This document shows positions 29,704 through 39,459 of a DNA stretch of 64,000 nucleotides, one piece after another. The stretch is from Betaproteobacteria bacterium (lineage in GTDB: Bacteria; Pseudomonadota; Gammaproteobacteria; Burkholderiales; Burkholderiaceae_C). The DNA lies in NCBI GenBank assembly GCA_009923505.1, contig RFTK01000002.1:1311-65310 (forward strand). The letters are read 5' to 3'. How positions within the stretch are numbered: the first letter of the stretch is position 1; every line of letters begins with the position of its first letter. The notes under the pieces were generated by a model, which saw nothing but the letters and a program-made list of their open reading frames with translations, did not search any database and was not told the DNA's origin. A program made the position numbers and the translations under genes.

Positions 29704-30570
29704 TCAGGTGATCGTGAGTTCAATCGGCTCAAAGCTCTCGAGTTCGAAACGCAGCACATCACCTTGTTGCGGAAATTTAGACGACACCAGCGAACCCAGT
29801 ATGCACACATCGCCCGCGTGCAACTGCTCGCCACGGGCATTGGCTTCGTTGGCCAACCAGGCCAGGGCTTTGAGTGGATGTCCCATCAGGTCACGGCCCT
29901 GGCCGCCACCCACTGAAGCGCCGTTGATGAATACCTCACCACGCAGACGACCCAGACCGTCGTCGGCGGACACCTCGGGGGTGGTCAGCCACCGAGCCCA
30001 CCGGGTGTCAAAACGTCCCAGCATGGCCCCTTCGTTCCAGGCGTTGTCGGCCACCAAATACAAGCCCAGACGGGCCAGTTGGGTGTAGTCGGCGTTGCGG
30101 TCGTCTGCAATTTCCATGGCGGGTGCCACACCCTGAACGGCGTTGACCACACTCTGTGCCGTGTGCGGGGTGGGGCCTGCAGGCAGGTCGCGGGACAGCT
30201 TCACGGCAATTTCAAACTCGACCAACAACCGACCGTAGTCACGCTGGCGGGTGTGGGCAGGCGCACTCACCACCTGACGTTGGTGCAAGCGACCCGCGAT
30301 GGGGGCGTTCAATCCCACCATCTGCTGCATCACGGGGGTGGCCAGTGCAATTTTCCAGCCGGCGGTGGAACCGCATTCCCGTGACTTGCGTTGCACCAGG
30401 GCTTGTTGCACCTGCGTGGCTTGATGAAGGTCGTGGACTTGCAAGCCTGCGGGAGGCAGATCAAAGGTGCGTTGGTGACGATGCTCGTCGACCAACCAGT
30501 CAGCGATGCGCCCAGGGGTAAATCGGTGAGAGGACGCTGCCTGGGCGGAGCGGGGCGCACGTGGTTTCAT
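29704..30570 (-). CDS. 2-keto-4-pentenoate hydratase-like (FAH superfamily)
   Basis: GWKIALAT, VEFEIA, EIADDR, ADNA and GHPLKALAWLAN. Confidence 0.8.
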   Translation of the reverse strand: MKPRAPRSAQAASSHRFTPGRIADWLVDEHRHQRTFDLPPAGLQVHDLHQATQVQQALVQRKSRECGSTAGWKIALATPVMQQMVGLNAPIAGRLHQRQVVSAPAHTRQRDYGRLLVEFEIAVKLSRDLPAGPTPHTAQSVVNAVQGVAPAMEIADDRNADYTQLARLGLYLVADNAWNEGAMLGRFDTRWARWLTTPEVSADDGLGRLRGEVFINGASVGGGQGRDLMGHPLKALAWLANEANARGEQLHAGDVCILGSLVSSKFPQQGDVLRFELESFEPIELTIT

Positions 30571-30642
30571 GAAAGCCTCCTGATGGTTCGCGACGCCAGC
30601 TTATCAAACTGTGGCGTTGCTGGGTTGATACCCCCGTGACAT

Positions 30643-31917
30643 TCACCCGGGCGGGTCTTCATGCCACAGGGCCTGTCGCCAACGCAGACCGATGGCCAGG
30701 GTGAGCGCCATACCCACCAGGGCGTAGCTGGTCATGGTGAACTGAAATCCCAGGTGCTCGATCATCGGGCCCGAAAGCATCAGCCCCACCGGCAAACCCC
30801 AGATGGCGAGGATACGCATGCCCATCACGCGGCCGCGATAGGCCGGCTCGGTGGCCCGCAGCATCACGGCGGCCAAGGGTGTCATGCACAGGCTTTGAGC
30901 AAACCCGGCTGCGGCGAGCCAGGCCATGCCCGAGAGCAAGGTGCTGGTCTGGGCTTGAAAGGCATTGGCCACGAGCCAACCCATGCCCGCGATCAGCATC
31001 AGGCGCCCCGCACCTAGCCGGACCCGATTGCTGCTGAGCACCAGCGAACCTAGAAGCGCGCCGCTGGCAAAACTCGCCCCCAACCACCCCAGTCCACCTT
31101 GACCCACCCCGTAAATGTTTTTGGCGACATAGGGCAACAGGCCGATGAACAGTGGAAAGGCCACGAGGTTGGCGAGAAAGGCCATGGACATGCCCCCCAT
31201 CAAGGCCGGACGGTGCCACACATACACGGCTGCAGAACGCAAGTCCTGCCAGGGCGAGGAACTGGGTCGGTTGGAACGGCTGGCTGGCGCAGCAGCGTCG
31301 ACATCCGTCTGCGCAGTGGGTGTTGTATCAGACTCAATCTTTCGAGGAGACACCACCTGCAGCGACAGCATAAAACTCACCACATACAGCGTGGTCACCA
31401 CCAGGTAGGCGGGCGCCATGCCGAACATGGCCACCACCCCGGCCCCGGCCAAGGCGCCGGCGATACGCGCGGAGTCTGAGGTGATGCGCGAGATGCCCAG
31501 TGCACCCATGAGTTGTGAGGCAGGCAGGTATTGGGCAATCAGGGCATAGCGCATCACCATGTCTGAGGGGCGCACCAGACCGTTGAGTCCGGCAATGATC
31601 AGCACTGCCGTCGGACTGAGCAAGTCACTGGCCGCCAGGCATCCCAGCAGGGCCGCCATGACCGCGTAAAGCGCTCGTGTCATCCACAGCAGACGGCCAT
31701 AGCCGAATCGGTCACCCGCCACCCCAAACATGGGCGATACCAGTGACCCCAGATACTGCAAGGCCCCAAAGAACACCAGCAACACCACCGATTCGGACTC
31801 GACCAGGATGTACCAACCCAGAATCAAAACCTCCATCTCGACCGCCCACGAGGTGGCGAGGTCAGCAGGCCATTGGTAACGGAAAGCGCGTGTCCGAAAG
31901 GGGGCGAGTACGCTCAC
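30643..31917 (-). CDS. MFS transporter
   Basis: About 12 hydrophobic segments, GVAGDRFG and YRGRVMG. GTG 31917 overlaps the upstream stop (GTGA). Confidence 0.88.
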   Translation of the reverse strand: MSVLAPFRTRAFRYQWPADLATSWAVEMEVLILGWYILVESESVVLLVFFGALQYLGSLVSPMFGVAGDRFGYGRLLWMTRALYAVMAALLGCLAASDLLSPTAVLIIAGLNGLVRPSDMVMRYALIAQYLPASQLMGALGISRITSDSARIAGALAGAGVVAMFGMAPAYLVVTTLYVVSFMLSLQVVSPRKIESDTTPTAQTDVDAAAPASRSNRPSSSPWQDLRSAAVYVWHRPALMGGMSMAFLANLVAFPLFIGLLPYVAKNIYGVGQGGLGWLGASFASGALLGSLVLSSNRVRLGAGRLMLIAGMGWLVANAFQAQTSTLLSGMAWLAAAGFAQSLCMTPLAAVMLRATEPAYRGRVMGMRILAIWGLPVGLMLSGPMIEHLGFQFTMTSYALVGMALTLAIGLRWRQALWHEDPPG

Positions 31918-33614
31918 GCACGCACCAGTCGACCGGGCAGGGCACCCGTGGATTGACCGTTTTGCATCACGAGTTGTCCGGCCACCCAAGTTTGCTCATA
32001 GCCGGTGGCGTGCTGCACCAGACGGCGACCCCCCGCAGGCAAATCGTGGGTGATCGTGGGGCGTGTCAGGTTCAACTGGGCGTAGTCGATGAGGTTGATG
32101 TCAGCACGCAGGCCGGGCAGCAAGGCTCCCCGGTCGTGCATGCCCAAGGCCTGGGCGTTGCGCCGGGTTTGCCCATGCACGAGAAATTCCAGGGGCAACT
32201 TTTCACCACGGATGCGGTCACGGCCCCAATGCGTCATCAGGAACGTGGGATAACTGGCATCGCAGATATAACCGCAATGCGCTCCCGCGTCACCCAGGCC
32301 AAACAAGGCGGCTGGGTGCGTCATCATCTCGCGCACCACGTCGAGGTTCTGGTCGGTGTAGTTGTAGATGGGGAAGTTGAACTTTCGACGTCCCTCGTCC
32401 TCCAGCAGCATGTCATAGGCTACCTCGGGAGCCGGTCGACCCTGGCGTTGCGCGATGGCGGCCACGCTGTCCTCGGGTCGAGGTTCGTAGTCCGAGCTCT
32501 CGCCAATCGGGAAGAGCTTGTGGAAGTGCTGCGTGATGGCGTTCAGGCGGCGGTTGTCCGGGGCCTGTGAGGCCTCTGCCAGAATCCGGGCACGCAGGGA
32601 TGGGTCGCGCATAAGGCGCACGCGCTCTGGCAGGGGCAGGTCCGCGATGGCGAGGTAACTGGGTGCCAGGAAGAAGGGATGCATGGAGCATTCCAGACCG
32701 TGCACCATGCCCACCGGTCGACACGCCACTTGCGCACGCACGCTCAGTCCACCGTCTTGAGCCAGACTGGTGCGACGCAGCACCTCGCGCCAGCGTTGGG
32801 GAAGAAAGTCGTGCTGCAGCAGGGTGAAGGAAATGGGACGACCGCTCTGACGGGCGATCTGGTGAATGAGTTCAAACTCACCATCCAGGTCATCAAAGTC
32901 GGAGATCAACTGGTTGACACCCTTGCCGGTTCGGCCCATGGCGCTGGCAATGCCAATCAGTTCCTGTGCGGCCGCGTCCAGGGTGGGCACGGCTTGTCCC
33001 TGTTTGGTTCGATGAACCACGGTGCGGGAGGAACTGAACCCGAGCGCGCCTGCGCTCACGGCTTCCTGCACCAACCGGCCCATGGCGTCGATATCCTCTG
33101 GGGTGGCAGGTTCGCGAGCCGCACCCCGTTCGCCCATGACATAGACACGCAAGGCGCTGTGCGGCACTTGTGCGCCCACATCCATGATGCGAGGACGGCT
33201 GTCAAGCGCTTGCAGGTATTCAGGAAAACTTTCCCATTCCCACTGAACACCTTCGGACAGCACCGCTCCAGGAATATCCTCCACGCCTTCCATCAAGTCC
33301 ATCATCCATTGACGTTGGTGGGCCCGTGAGGGGGCGAAGCCGACGCCGCAATTGCCCATGATGGCGGTGGTCACCCCATGCCAGGATGAGGGGGTCATGA
33401 AGGCATCCCAGGTGGCTTGTCCATCGTAATGGGTGTGGATGTCCACCCAGCCCGGGGTGACCAGCAGGCCATCGGCCGGCACGGTGCGACGTGCCGGGGT
33501 GTCGATGCGACCGACCTCGGTGATGCGTCCATTGGCAATCGCCACATCCGCTGTGAAGCCGGGCTTGCCGGACCCGTCGATGACGGTTCCGCCTTTGATC
33601 AGCACGTCATGCAT
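31914..33614 (-). CDS. N-acyl-D-amino-acid deacylase family amidohydrolase
   Basis: PGWVDIHTHYD, GNCGVGFAP, GDAGAH and RADINLID. Confidence 0.88.
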   Translation of the reverse strand: MHDVLIKGGTVIDGSGKPGFTADVAIANGRITEVGRIDTPARRTVPADGLLVTPGWVDIHTHYDGQATWDAFMTPSSWHGVTTAIMGNCGVGFAPSRAHQRQWMMDLMEGVEDIPGAVLSEGVQWEWESFPEYLQALDSRPRIMDVGAQVPHSALRVYVMGERGAAREPATPEDIDAMGRLVQEAVSAGALGFSSSRTVVHRTKQGQAVPTLDAAAQELIGIASAMGRTGKGVNQLISDFDDLDGEFELIHQIARQSGRPISFTLLQHDFLPQRWREVLRRTSLAQDGGLSVRAQVACRPVGMVHGLECSMHPFFLAPSYLAIADLPLPERVRLMRDPSLRARILAEASQAPDNRRLNAITQHFHKLFPIGESSDYEPRPEDSVAAIAQRQGRPAPEVAYDMLLEDEGRRKFNFPIYNYTDQNLDVVREMMTHPAALFGLGDAGAHCGYICDASYPTFLMTHWGRDRIRGEKLPLEFLVHGQTRRNAQALGMHDRGALLPGLRADINLIDYAQLNLTRPTITHDLPAGGRRLVQHATGYEQTWVAGQLVMQNGQSTGALPGRLVRA

Positions 33615-33662
33615 ACAACTCCTTGCAAGCGGTCACAGCGCTCGACCGTGGCACATTCACCA

Positions 33663-34793
33663 TTACTTGGTGCCACCGGGCACTTTGCCTTCCACGCCTT
33701 TGACGAAGAAATTCACACCGCCCAGGAACTTGTCATCGGCCACCTCGTCCTTGTTCAGAACGACCTTGCCGGTGTTGTCGGTGATAGGCCCTTTCCAGAT
33801 GGCAAAGCTGCCCTCTTTCAAGCCCTTCCTGACCTCGTCAATTCGCGCCTTGGTGTCAGCGGGCACGTCGTCAGCAATGGAGACCAGGTCAATGGCGCCC
33901 TCTTTCACGCCCCACCACACGGCACCGCCGCCGGTCCACTTGCCTTCCAGGGCGTCACGGGTGGCCGACACATAGTACGGGGCCCAGTTGATGATGGCCG
34001 AAGCCAGGTGCGCCTTGGGACCGTAGGCGGTCATGTCAGAGTCCCAGCCGAAAGCGCGTTTGCCCTTGTCCTGGGCGGTCTTGAGCACGGCGGGTGAGTC
34101 TGTGTTCTGGAACAGCACATCTGCACCGCCATTGATCAGCGAGGTGGCGGCTTCGGTTTCCTTGGGCGGGTTGAACCACTCATTCACCCACACCACCTTG
34201 GTCTTCACTTTGGGGTTGCTGCTTTGGGCACCCAGGGTGAAGCTGTTGATGTTGCGAACCACTTCAGGGATGGGAATGGATGCCACCACCCCCAGGGTGT
34301 TGGATTTGGTCATCTTGCCCGCGATGATGCCAGCCATGTAAGCGCCTTCGTAGGTGCGGCTGTCGTAGGTGCGCATGTTGGGCGCTTGCTTGTAGCCGGT
34401 GGCATGTTCAAACTTCACGGCGGCATTGTCGGCAGCCACCTTGAGCATGGGCTCCATATAACCAAAGGTGGTGCCAAAAATGAGCTTGTTGCCCTGGCCA
34501 GCGAGGTCACGAATCACGCGCTCGGCGTCGGCCGACTCGGGCACGTTCTCCACAAAGGTGGTGACCACCTTGTCGCCAAATTCTTTGTCGATGGCTTTGC
34601 GCCCATTGTCGTGGGCAAAGGTCCAACCCCCATCGCCCACCGGGCCGACGTAGGCGAAAGCGATTTTCAGCGGTTCGGACTTGGCTGGGGCTGCCGTCGG
34701 CTCTTCCTTTTTGGCACATCCCAGCAGAGCTGCCGAGGCCACGGCGCCGAGCGCCAAGGCTTTGATCCAGGTGCGTGTGGTGAAGGTTGTCAT
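33663..34793 (-). CDS. BMP-family lipoprotein, ABC substrate-binding (probably purine/nucleoside)
   Basis: LLGC lipobox, AFAYVGPVGDGGW, FGTTFGY and NSFTLG. Start placed at ATG 34793. Confidence 0.9.
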   Translation of the reverse strand: MTTFTTRTWIKALALGAVASAALLGCAKKEEPTAAPAKSEPLKIAFAYVGPVGDGGWTFAHDNGRKAIDKEFGDKVVTTFVENVPESADAERVIRDLAGQGNKLIFGTTFGYMEPMLKVAADNAAVKFEHATGYKQAPNMRTYDSRTYEGAYMAGIIAGKMTKSNTLGVVASIPIPEVVRNINSFTLGAQSSNPKVKTKVVWVNEWFNPPKETEAATSLINGGADVLFQNTDSPAVLKTAQDKGKRAFGWDSDMTAYGPKAHLASAIINWAPYYVSATRDALEGKWTGGGAVWWGVKEGAIDLVSIADDVPADTKARIDEVRKGLKEGSFAIWKGPITDNTGKVVLNKDEVADDKFLGGVNFFVKGVEGKVPGGTK

Positions 34794-34835
34794 CGTGTGT
34801 CCTAGGAGGGTGATTGAAAACATGCGGCCAAGGGG

Positions 34836-35759
34836 TCAGTGGTGGCCAGGGTGAAAGGGCTTGCCCAAGGAGAGAGGCATGTGCATCTTGATCCAGGCCG
34901 GCCGTCTCGACATCAAGGCCAACACCACAATGGTAGCAAGGTACGGCAACATGCTCAGCCACTGACTGGACACCTCAATGCCACTGGCCTGCAGGTGAAA
35001 CTGCAGCATGGTCACGCCGCCAAACAGGTAGGCGCCCAGCAGCACCCGAGCCGGTCGCCAGGTGGCAAAGGTGGTCAAAGCCAGCGCAATCCAGCCCTTG
35101 CCGGCGATCATGCCCTCCACCCACAGCGGGGTGTACACCGTGGAGACATAGGCGCCCGCCAGCCCACACAGACCGCCGCCGGCTACCACCGCGAGCATGC
35201 GGATCGACCGCACCGGGTAGCCCAAGGCGTGGGCTGCCGCCGGGGACTCTCCCACGCAACGCAAGACCAGCCCTGCCCGGGTGCGGTCCAGAAACCACAT
35301 CAAGACCAGGGTAAACGCCACCACCGCATACACCATGGGGTGGTGCTGAAACAAGGCCGGTCCCACCCAGGGCAGATCGGACAGCCCCGGCACGCTGAAC
35401 TGCAGTCGCTCAGGCAATTTGGCTTGAACATAAGGTGTGCCCAGAAAAGCGGACAAGCCCGCGCCAAACAGACTGAGTGCCAAGCCGGTGGCGTAAGGGT
35501 TGGTGTTGAGCCAGATCACCAGGACACCCAGCATTGACGCCAGCAGCGCCCCTGCCGCAAATCCGGCCAGAAGACCCAGGCTGTCGCTGCCGGTGTGCAC
35601 CACGGTGGCAAAGCCGGCGATGGCGGCACACAGCATCATGCCTTCGGCGCCCAGGTTGATGACGCCAGCCTTCTCATTGATGAGCAAGCCCAGAGAGGCG
35701 ATGGCCAGCACCGTGCCGGCATGCAAGGTGGCAGCGAGTAACAGAGAGTAGGTGTCCAT
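34836..35759 (-). CDS. ABC permease of the BMP/nucleoside importer
   Basis: EKAGVINLGAEG, GESPAAA and GKGWIALA. TGATG coupling at 35759. Confidence 0.9.
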   Translation of the reverse strand: MDTYSLLLAATLHAGTVLAIASLGLLINEKAGVINLGAEGMMLCAAIAGFATVVHTGSDSLGLLAGFAAGALLASMLGVLVIWLNTNPYATGLALSLFGAGLSAFLGTPYVQAKLPERLQFSVPGLSDLPWVGPALFQHHPMVYAVVAFTLVLMWFLDRTRAGLVLRCVGESPAAAHALGYPVRSIRMLAVVAGGGLCGLAGAYVSTVYTPLWVEGMIAGKGWIALALTTFATWRPARVLLGAYLFGGVTMLQFHLQASGIEVSSQWLSMLPYLATIVVLALMSRRPAWIKMHMPLSLGKPFHPGHH

Positions 35760-36832
35760 CAAGAGGCTCCTCGCAGGCGCCCAGTCCATCGCAGCTGGTA
35801 TTGAATCAGCACATCACACGCCAGCAAACAAAACAGCAGCAAGCCCTGGAACACACCGGTGATGGACTTGGGTAAGCCCAGCCGCGATTGGGCCAACTCA
35901 CCGCCGATGTAGAGCATGCTCATCAGCAGCGCAGACAGTACAAGACCCACCGGATGCAATCGCCCCACAAACGCCACGATGATGGCGCCGAAGCCATAGC
36001 CCACGGGGACATAGGGGGTCAGCTGCCCCACGGGGCCAGCGACTTCCAGCGCACCCGCCAGACCAGCCAGTCCCCCTGACACCAGCATCGCTGTCCACAG
36101 CGCGCGGCTGGAGGACAGCCCGGCATAGCGCGCGGCCAACGGCGCCAGTCCGCTCACGCTCAAGCCCCACCCCGCACGGGTGCGAAACAGGAACAACCAC
36201 AGACCGACGACACCCAACAAGGCCAATACCCATCCCAGCGTGACGCGAGAACCTTGAAAGAGTCGAGGGATCTGGGTGATTTTTTCGAAGGTTTTGGTCT
36301 GGGGGAAGTTGTAGCCGCCCGGGTCTTTCCAGGGGCCGTACACCAGGTAGTTGAGCAGCAGGATGGCCACATACACCAGCATCAGGCTGACCAAGATTTC
36401 GTTGGCGTTGAAGCGGTCGCGCAACACGGCGGTGATGGCCGCCCAGGCCATTCCGCCCAACAGCCCCGCCATCACAATGGGAATCACCACCCAGGGTCCT
36501 TGATCGGGCGTGACCTGCAAGGCCACCCAGGTGGCTGCAATAGCCCCCAGCACATACTGCCCCTCGGCCCCGATGTTCCAGACATTGGCACGGTAGGCTA
36601 CCGTCAGACCCGTGGCTATCAGCAGCAGGGGCGTGGCCTTGACCATCAACTCACCCAACGCGTAGGGTGTGCGAATGGGTTCCCAGAAAAATACCATCAG
36701 GCCCCGCACCGGATCCTTGCCCAGCAACATGAGCAACAACGACCCCATGGCGAGGGTCAGCACGAGAGCCAACACCGGCGACAGCACAGACCACGCGGCA
36801 GAGGGTTGGGCACGGGGACGCAGGGTGATCAT
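35759..36832 (-). CDS. ABC permease of the BMP/nucleoside importer
   Basis: WNIGAEGQ, NANEILVSLM and GYGFGAIIVAFVGR. Start placed at ATG 36832. Confidence 0.9.
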   Translation of the reverse strand: MITLRPRAQPSAAWSVLSPVLALVLTLAMGSLLLMLLGKDPVRGLMVFFWEPIRTPYALGELMVKATPLLLIATGLTVAYRANVWNIGAEGQYVLGAIAATWVALQVTPDQGPWVVIPIVMAGLLGGMAWAAITAVLRDRFNANEILVSLMLVYVAILLLNYLVYGPWKDPGGYNFPQTKTFEKITQIPRLFQGSRVTLGWVLALLGVVGLWLFLFRTRAGWGLSVSGLAPLAARYAGLSSSRALWTAMLVSGGLAGLAGALEVAGPVGQLTPYVPVGYGFGAIIVAFVGRLHPVGLVLSALLMSMLYIGGELAQSRLGLPKSITGVFQGLLLFCLLACDVLIQYQLRWTGRLRGAS

Positions 36833-36848
36833 GATGTGCGCAGGGTTG

Positions 36849-38375
36849 TCATGCCAGGGGTGGGTGCGTGGGTGTGGCAGACGCCTCGGCCCACAGCCCA
36901 CTCATCCAGGCGCCGATCTGCTCGGTGCTGGCCCCTGCACGGTCCAGAGAAGGCGAGAGTCGACCTTGCGACATCACGACCAATCGATCGCATAGCTCAA
37001 ACAGTTCGTCGAGCTCATCACTCACCACCAACACGGCACAGCCTTGGTCACGCAGGGCCAGAAGGCTGGCACGGATTTGAGCGGCGGCGCCTACATCCAC
37101 GCCCCAAGTGGGTTGCGACACCAGCAGGAGTTTGGGTTGTGCCTCCATTTCACGGCCGACGATGAATTTTTGTAAATTCCCCCCCGACAGCGACTTGGCC
37201 AGCGCTTGCGGACCGCTGGCCTTGATCTGATAGCGATCGATCAGGTCTTGAGCGACCCGTTGCAGGGACGACAGCCGCAGCCAGCCTCCCGTGCTGAGCC
37301 CCGTGTTGCGGGTGAGGAGCAGGTTCAAGGCCAGTGAGTGTTCGGGCACAGCCCCTCGACCCAGCCGTTCCTCGGGCACGCTGTACAGGCCCAGGCGTCT
37401 GCGCTGCCGTGGGCCGAGGTGACCCACGGCGACCCCGTCGATGCAGATCTGTCGGGGTTCAGCGCGAGCATCTTCGCCGGAGAGCGCTGCCATGAGTTCA
37501 CGCTGACCATTCCCCGATACGCCCGCTATGCCCACGATTTCGCCGTGTCGAACCTCCAGGTGCACCTGCTCCAATGCAACACCAAACGGATCATCGCTGG
37601 GCAGGGACAAGCCTTCCACCGACAACCGCACCGGTCCTGGTGTCAAGGCGCGATGCACCAAGGCAGGAGGTTCCTGCCCCATCATCAGGCGGCTGAGCGA
37701 AGCGGGCGTTTCGTGTCGGGGGTCACACACGCCCACCACGCGGCCTGCACGCATCACGGTGCAACGGTGGCACAAGGCTTGAATTTCATGCAGCTTGTGG
37801 CTGATGTAGAGAATGCTGCAGCCTTGGTCGGCCAACCGTCTGAGCACGACAAAAAGTTTCTCGACGGCCTGGGGTGTGAGGACCGAGGTGGGCTCGTCCA
37901 GTATCAACAGGCGTGGTTGCCCCAGCAAGGCTCGGATGATTTCGACGCGCTGCTTTTCGCCCACACTGAGCGTGTGCACAGGACGATCCGGGTCGATGTC
38001 CAGGCCGTAATCACTGGCGATCTGGACAATTTGTGCGCGGGTATCTGACAGGGGGAGTTTGCTGTCCAAGCCCAGCCAGACGTTGTGCGCGACCGTTAGC
38101 GTGTCAAAGAGGCTGAAGTGCTGAAACACCATGGCAATGCCTTGGGCACGCGCCTGGTGCGGATGGTGGTGAGTGAGCGTTTCGCCTTGGTAGACGATGT
38201 GACCCGAGTCGGGCTGCACCAGCCCGTAGATGATTTTCATCAGGGTGGATTTGCCCGCGCCGTTTTCGCCTAGCACCGCATGAATTTCACCGGGCTCTAG
38301 CGTGAGAGAGACGGCATCGTTGGCGACAACCGACGGGTAGCGCTTGGTGATCCCATTCAGTTGGAGCAGGGGCAT
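36849..38375 (-). CDS. Double-domain ABC ATPase (sugar/nucleoside CUT2 family)
   Basis: GENGAGKST, LSVGEKQRVEI, LILDEPT, LSGGNLQK and VSDELDE. Confidence 0.92.
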   Translation of the reverse strand: MPLLQLNGITKRYPSVVANDAVSLTLEPGEIHAVLGENGAGKSTLMKIIYGLVQPDSGHIVYQGETLTHHHPHQARAQGIAMVFQHFSLFDTLTVAHNVWLGLDSKLPLSDTRAQIVQIASDYGLDIDPDRPVHTLSVGEKQRVEIIRALLGQPRLLILDEPTSVLTPQAVEKLFVVLRRLADQGCSILYISHKLHEIQALCHRCTVMRAGRVVGVCDPRHETPASLSRLMMGQEPPALVHRALTPGPVRLSVEGLSLPSDDPFGVALEQVHLEVRHGEIVGIAGVSGNGQRELMAALSGEDARAEPRQICIDGVAVGHLGPRQRRRLGLYSVPEERLGRGAVPEHSLALNLLLTRNTGLSTGGWLRLSSLQRVAQDLIDRYQIKASGPQALAKSLSGGNLQKFIVGREMEAQPKLLLVSQPTWGVDVGAAAQIRASLLALRDQGCAVLVVSDELDELFELCDRLVVMSQGRLSPSLDRAGASTEQIGAWMSGLWAEASATPTHPPLA

Positions 38376-38459
38376 GAAAATCTCAGGAAGCGTGCATCCA
38401 TCCTGTCGATTTTGTCATTCTTTTGGACAGTCTGCGACGACCGCCGGGCTTTCAGGCCG

Positions 38460-38954
38460 TCAACCCGTGTGATTGCGCGCCGAGCGGGCGAACTCTGCTG
38501 CTTTGTTGGAGAGCATCACCGCTTTGGCCGCGAAGCTGGCGGCATTTTTGGATGCGTCAGCAGCCACCGCAGAACCCTGGGCGGAAGCGTCCTCGGCATG
38601 GTGGGCCACGGCCATGGCCACCGCCGCCGCGGCCGAGGCCGCCGAGGCCGCACTTTCCATGGCGGACTGGGCGGCGGCGCTGGCGGCGGCCGCCGCCGCT
38701 TCGGCGGCTTCTGTCACATGGGTGGAGGCGGCTTTGGCGGCAGCTACCAGGCAGCGCTCGGAGCAGTTGGCGGAGTGCTCGGCGGCGCTGGCCGCCTTCT
38801 CGGCAGACTCGGTGGCGTGCAGGGTCAGACCACGCAAGGTGATCAGGGACTCGCTGTAGCGTCGATTGACGTCCAGATGGGTCTGCTTGAGCTCCCTGAA
38901 CTCAGTGCGCAAGGTGTCCATTTCCTTGCGCAAATGAGCAATGTCTTCCTTCAT
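38460..38954 (-). CDS. Hypothetical Ala-rich helical protein
   Basis: AGGA RBS, amphipathic coiled-coil-like N-terminus followed by long Ala/Ser/Glu runs. No family recognised. Confidence 0.65.
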   Translation of the reverse strand: MKEDIAHLRKEMDTLRTEFRELKQTHLDVNRRYSESLITLRGLTLHATESAEKAASAAEHSANCSERCLVAAAKAASTHVTEAAEAAAAAASAAAQSAMESAASAASAAAAVAMAVAHHAEDASAQGSAVAADASKNAASFAAKAVMLSNKAAEFARSARNHTG

Positions 38955-39189
38955 GGTGATCCTAGTAGGGGTTCGAAATATCTTGAGGCCACGATCAAGA
39001 TGCGCGCAGGCTTCAAAAACACATGTATGTTGGGGTTATAGCAGTCTTCAGTGAACCTATCTGTGTGCTGTTACACACAGGCGCGATCGTTGTTTGAGTC
39101 AACGCTGCACTCTCTGACCCCCTGGCCCATCGAGCCGACCGCTCCGTCCAAGCCTGGCCCTCCGCCACCTGTCGTGACAAAATGGCTGC

Positions 39190-39459
39190 ATGAACTCTGA
39201 TCCGTCCAAGATCACCGAAGACATGGCCTGGCAAGAAATTCGCCAGGGGACATACCGCGTCGACCTCTGGGAGCAGGCGCTGCGTCAGTCGTCCCACGAT
39301 ACCGCGATGGCACGGGAAACCTATATTCGTTTGCGCACTCAGACCCTGCGTCAGGACGTGGGGCGACTCTTGGCCGGTCATATTCGCCAGGCTCTGGCGG
39401 ACGACGCCCCCCGCCGTGCGGATTTCAAGTCGGCCCGCGATCTCGGGCGCCAATCATGA
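39190..39459 (+). CDS. Small hypothetical protein
   Basis: 89 aa, ATGA-coupled to the downstream metallo-hydrolase. Confidence 0.6.
   Translation: MNSDPSKITEDMAWQEIRQGTYRVDLWEQALRQSSHDTAMARETYIRLRTQTLRQDVGRLLAGHIRQALADDAPRRADFKSARDLGRQS

Noticed and set aside
38473-38859. Plus-strand Ala-rich ORF overlapping the minus-strand Ala-rich gene
   Set aside because: GCN/NGC codon symmetry produces Ala-rich antisense frames. Only the minus frame has an ATG with an RBS and an amphipathic N-terminus.
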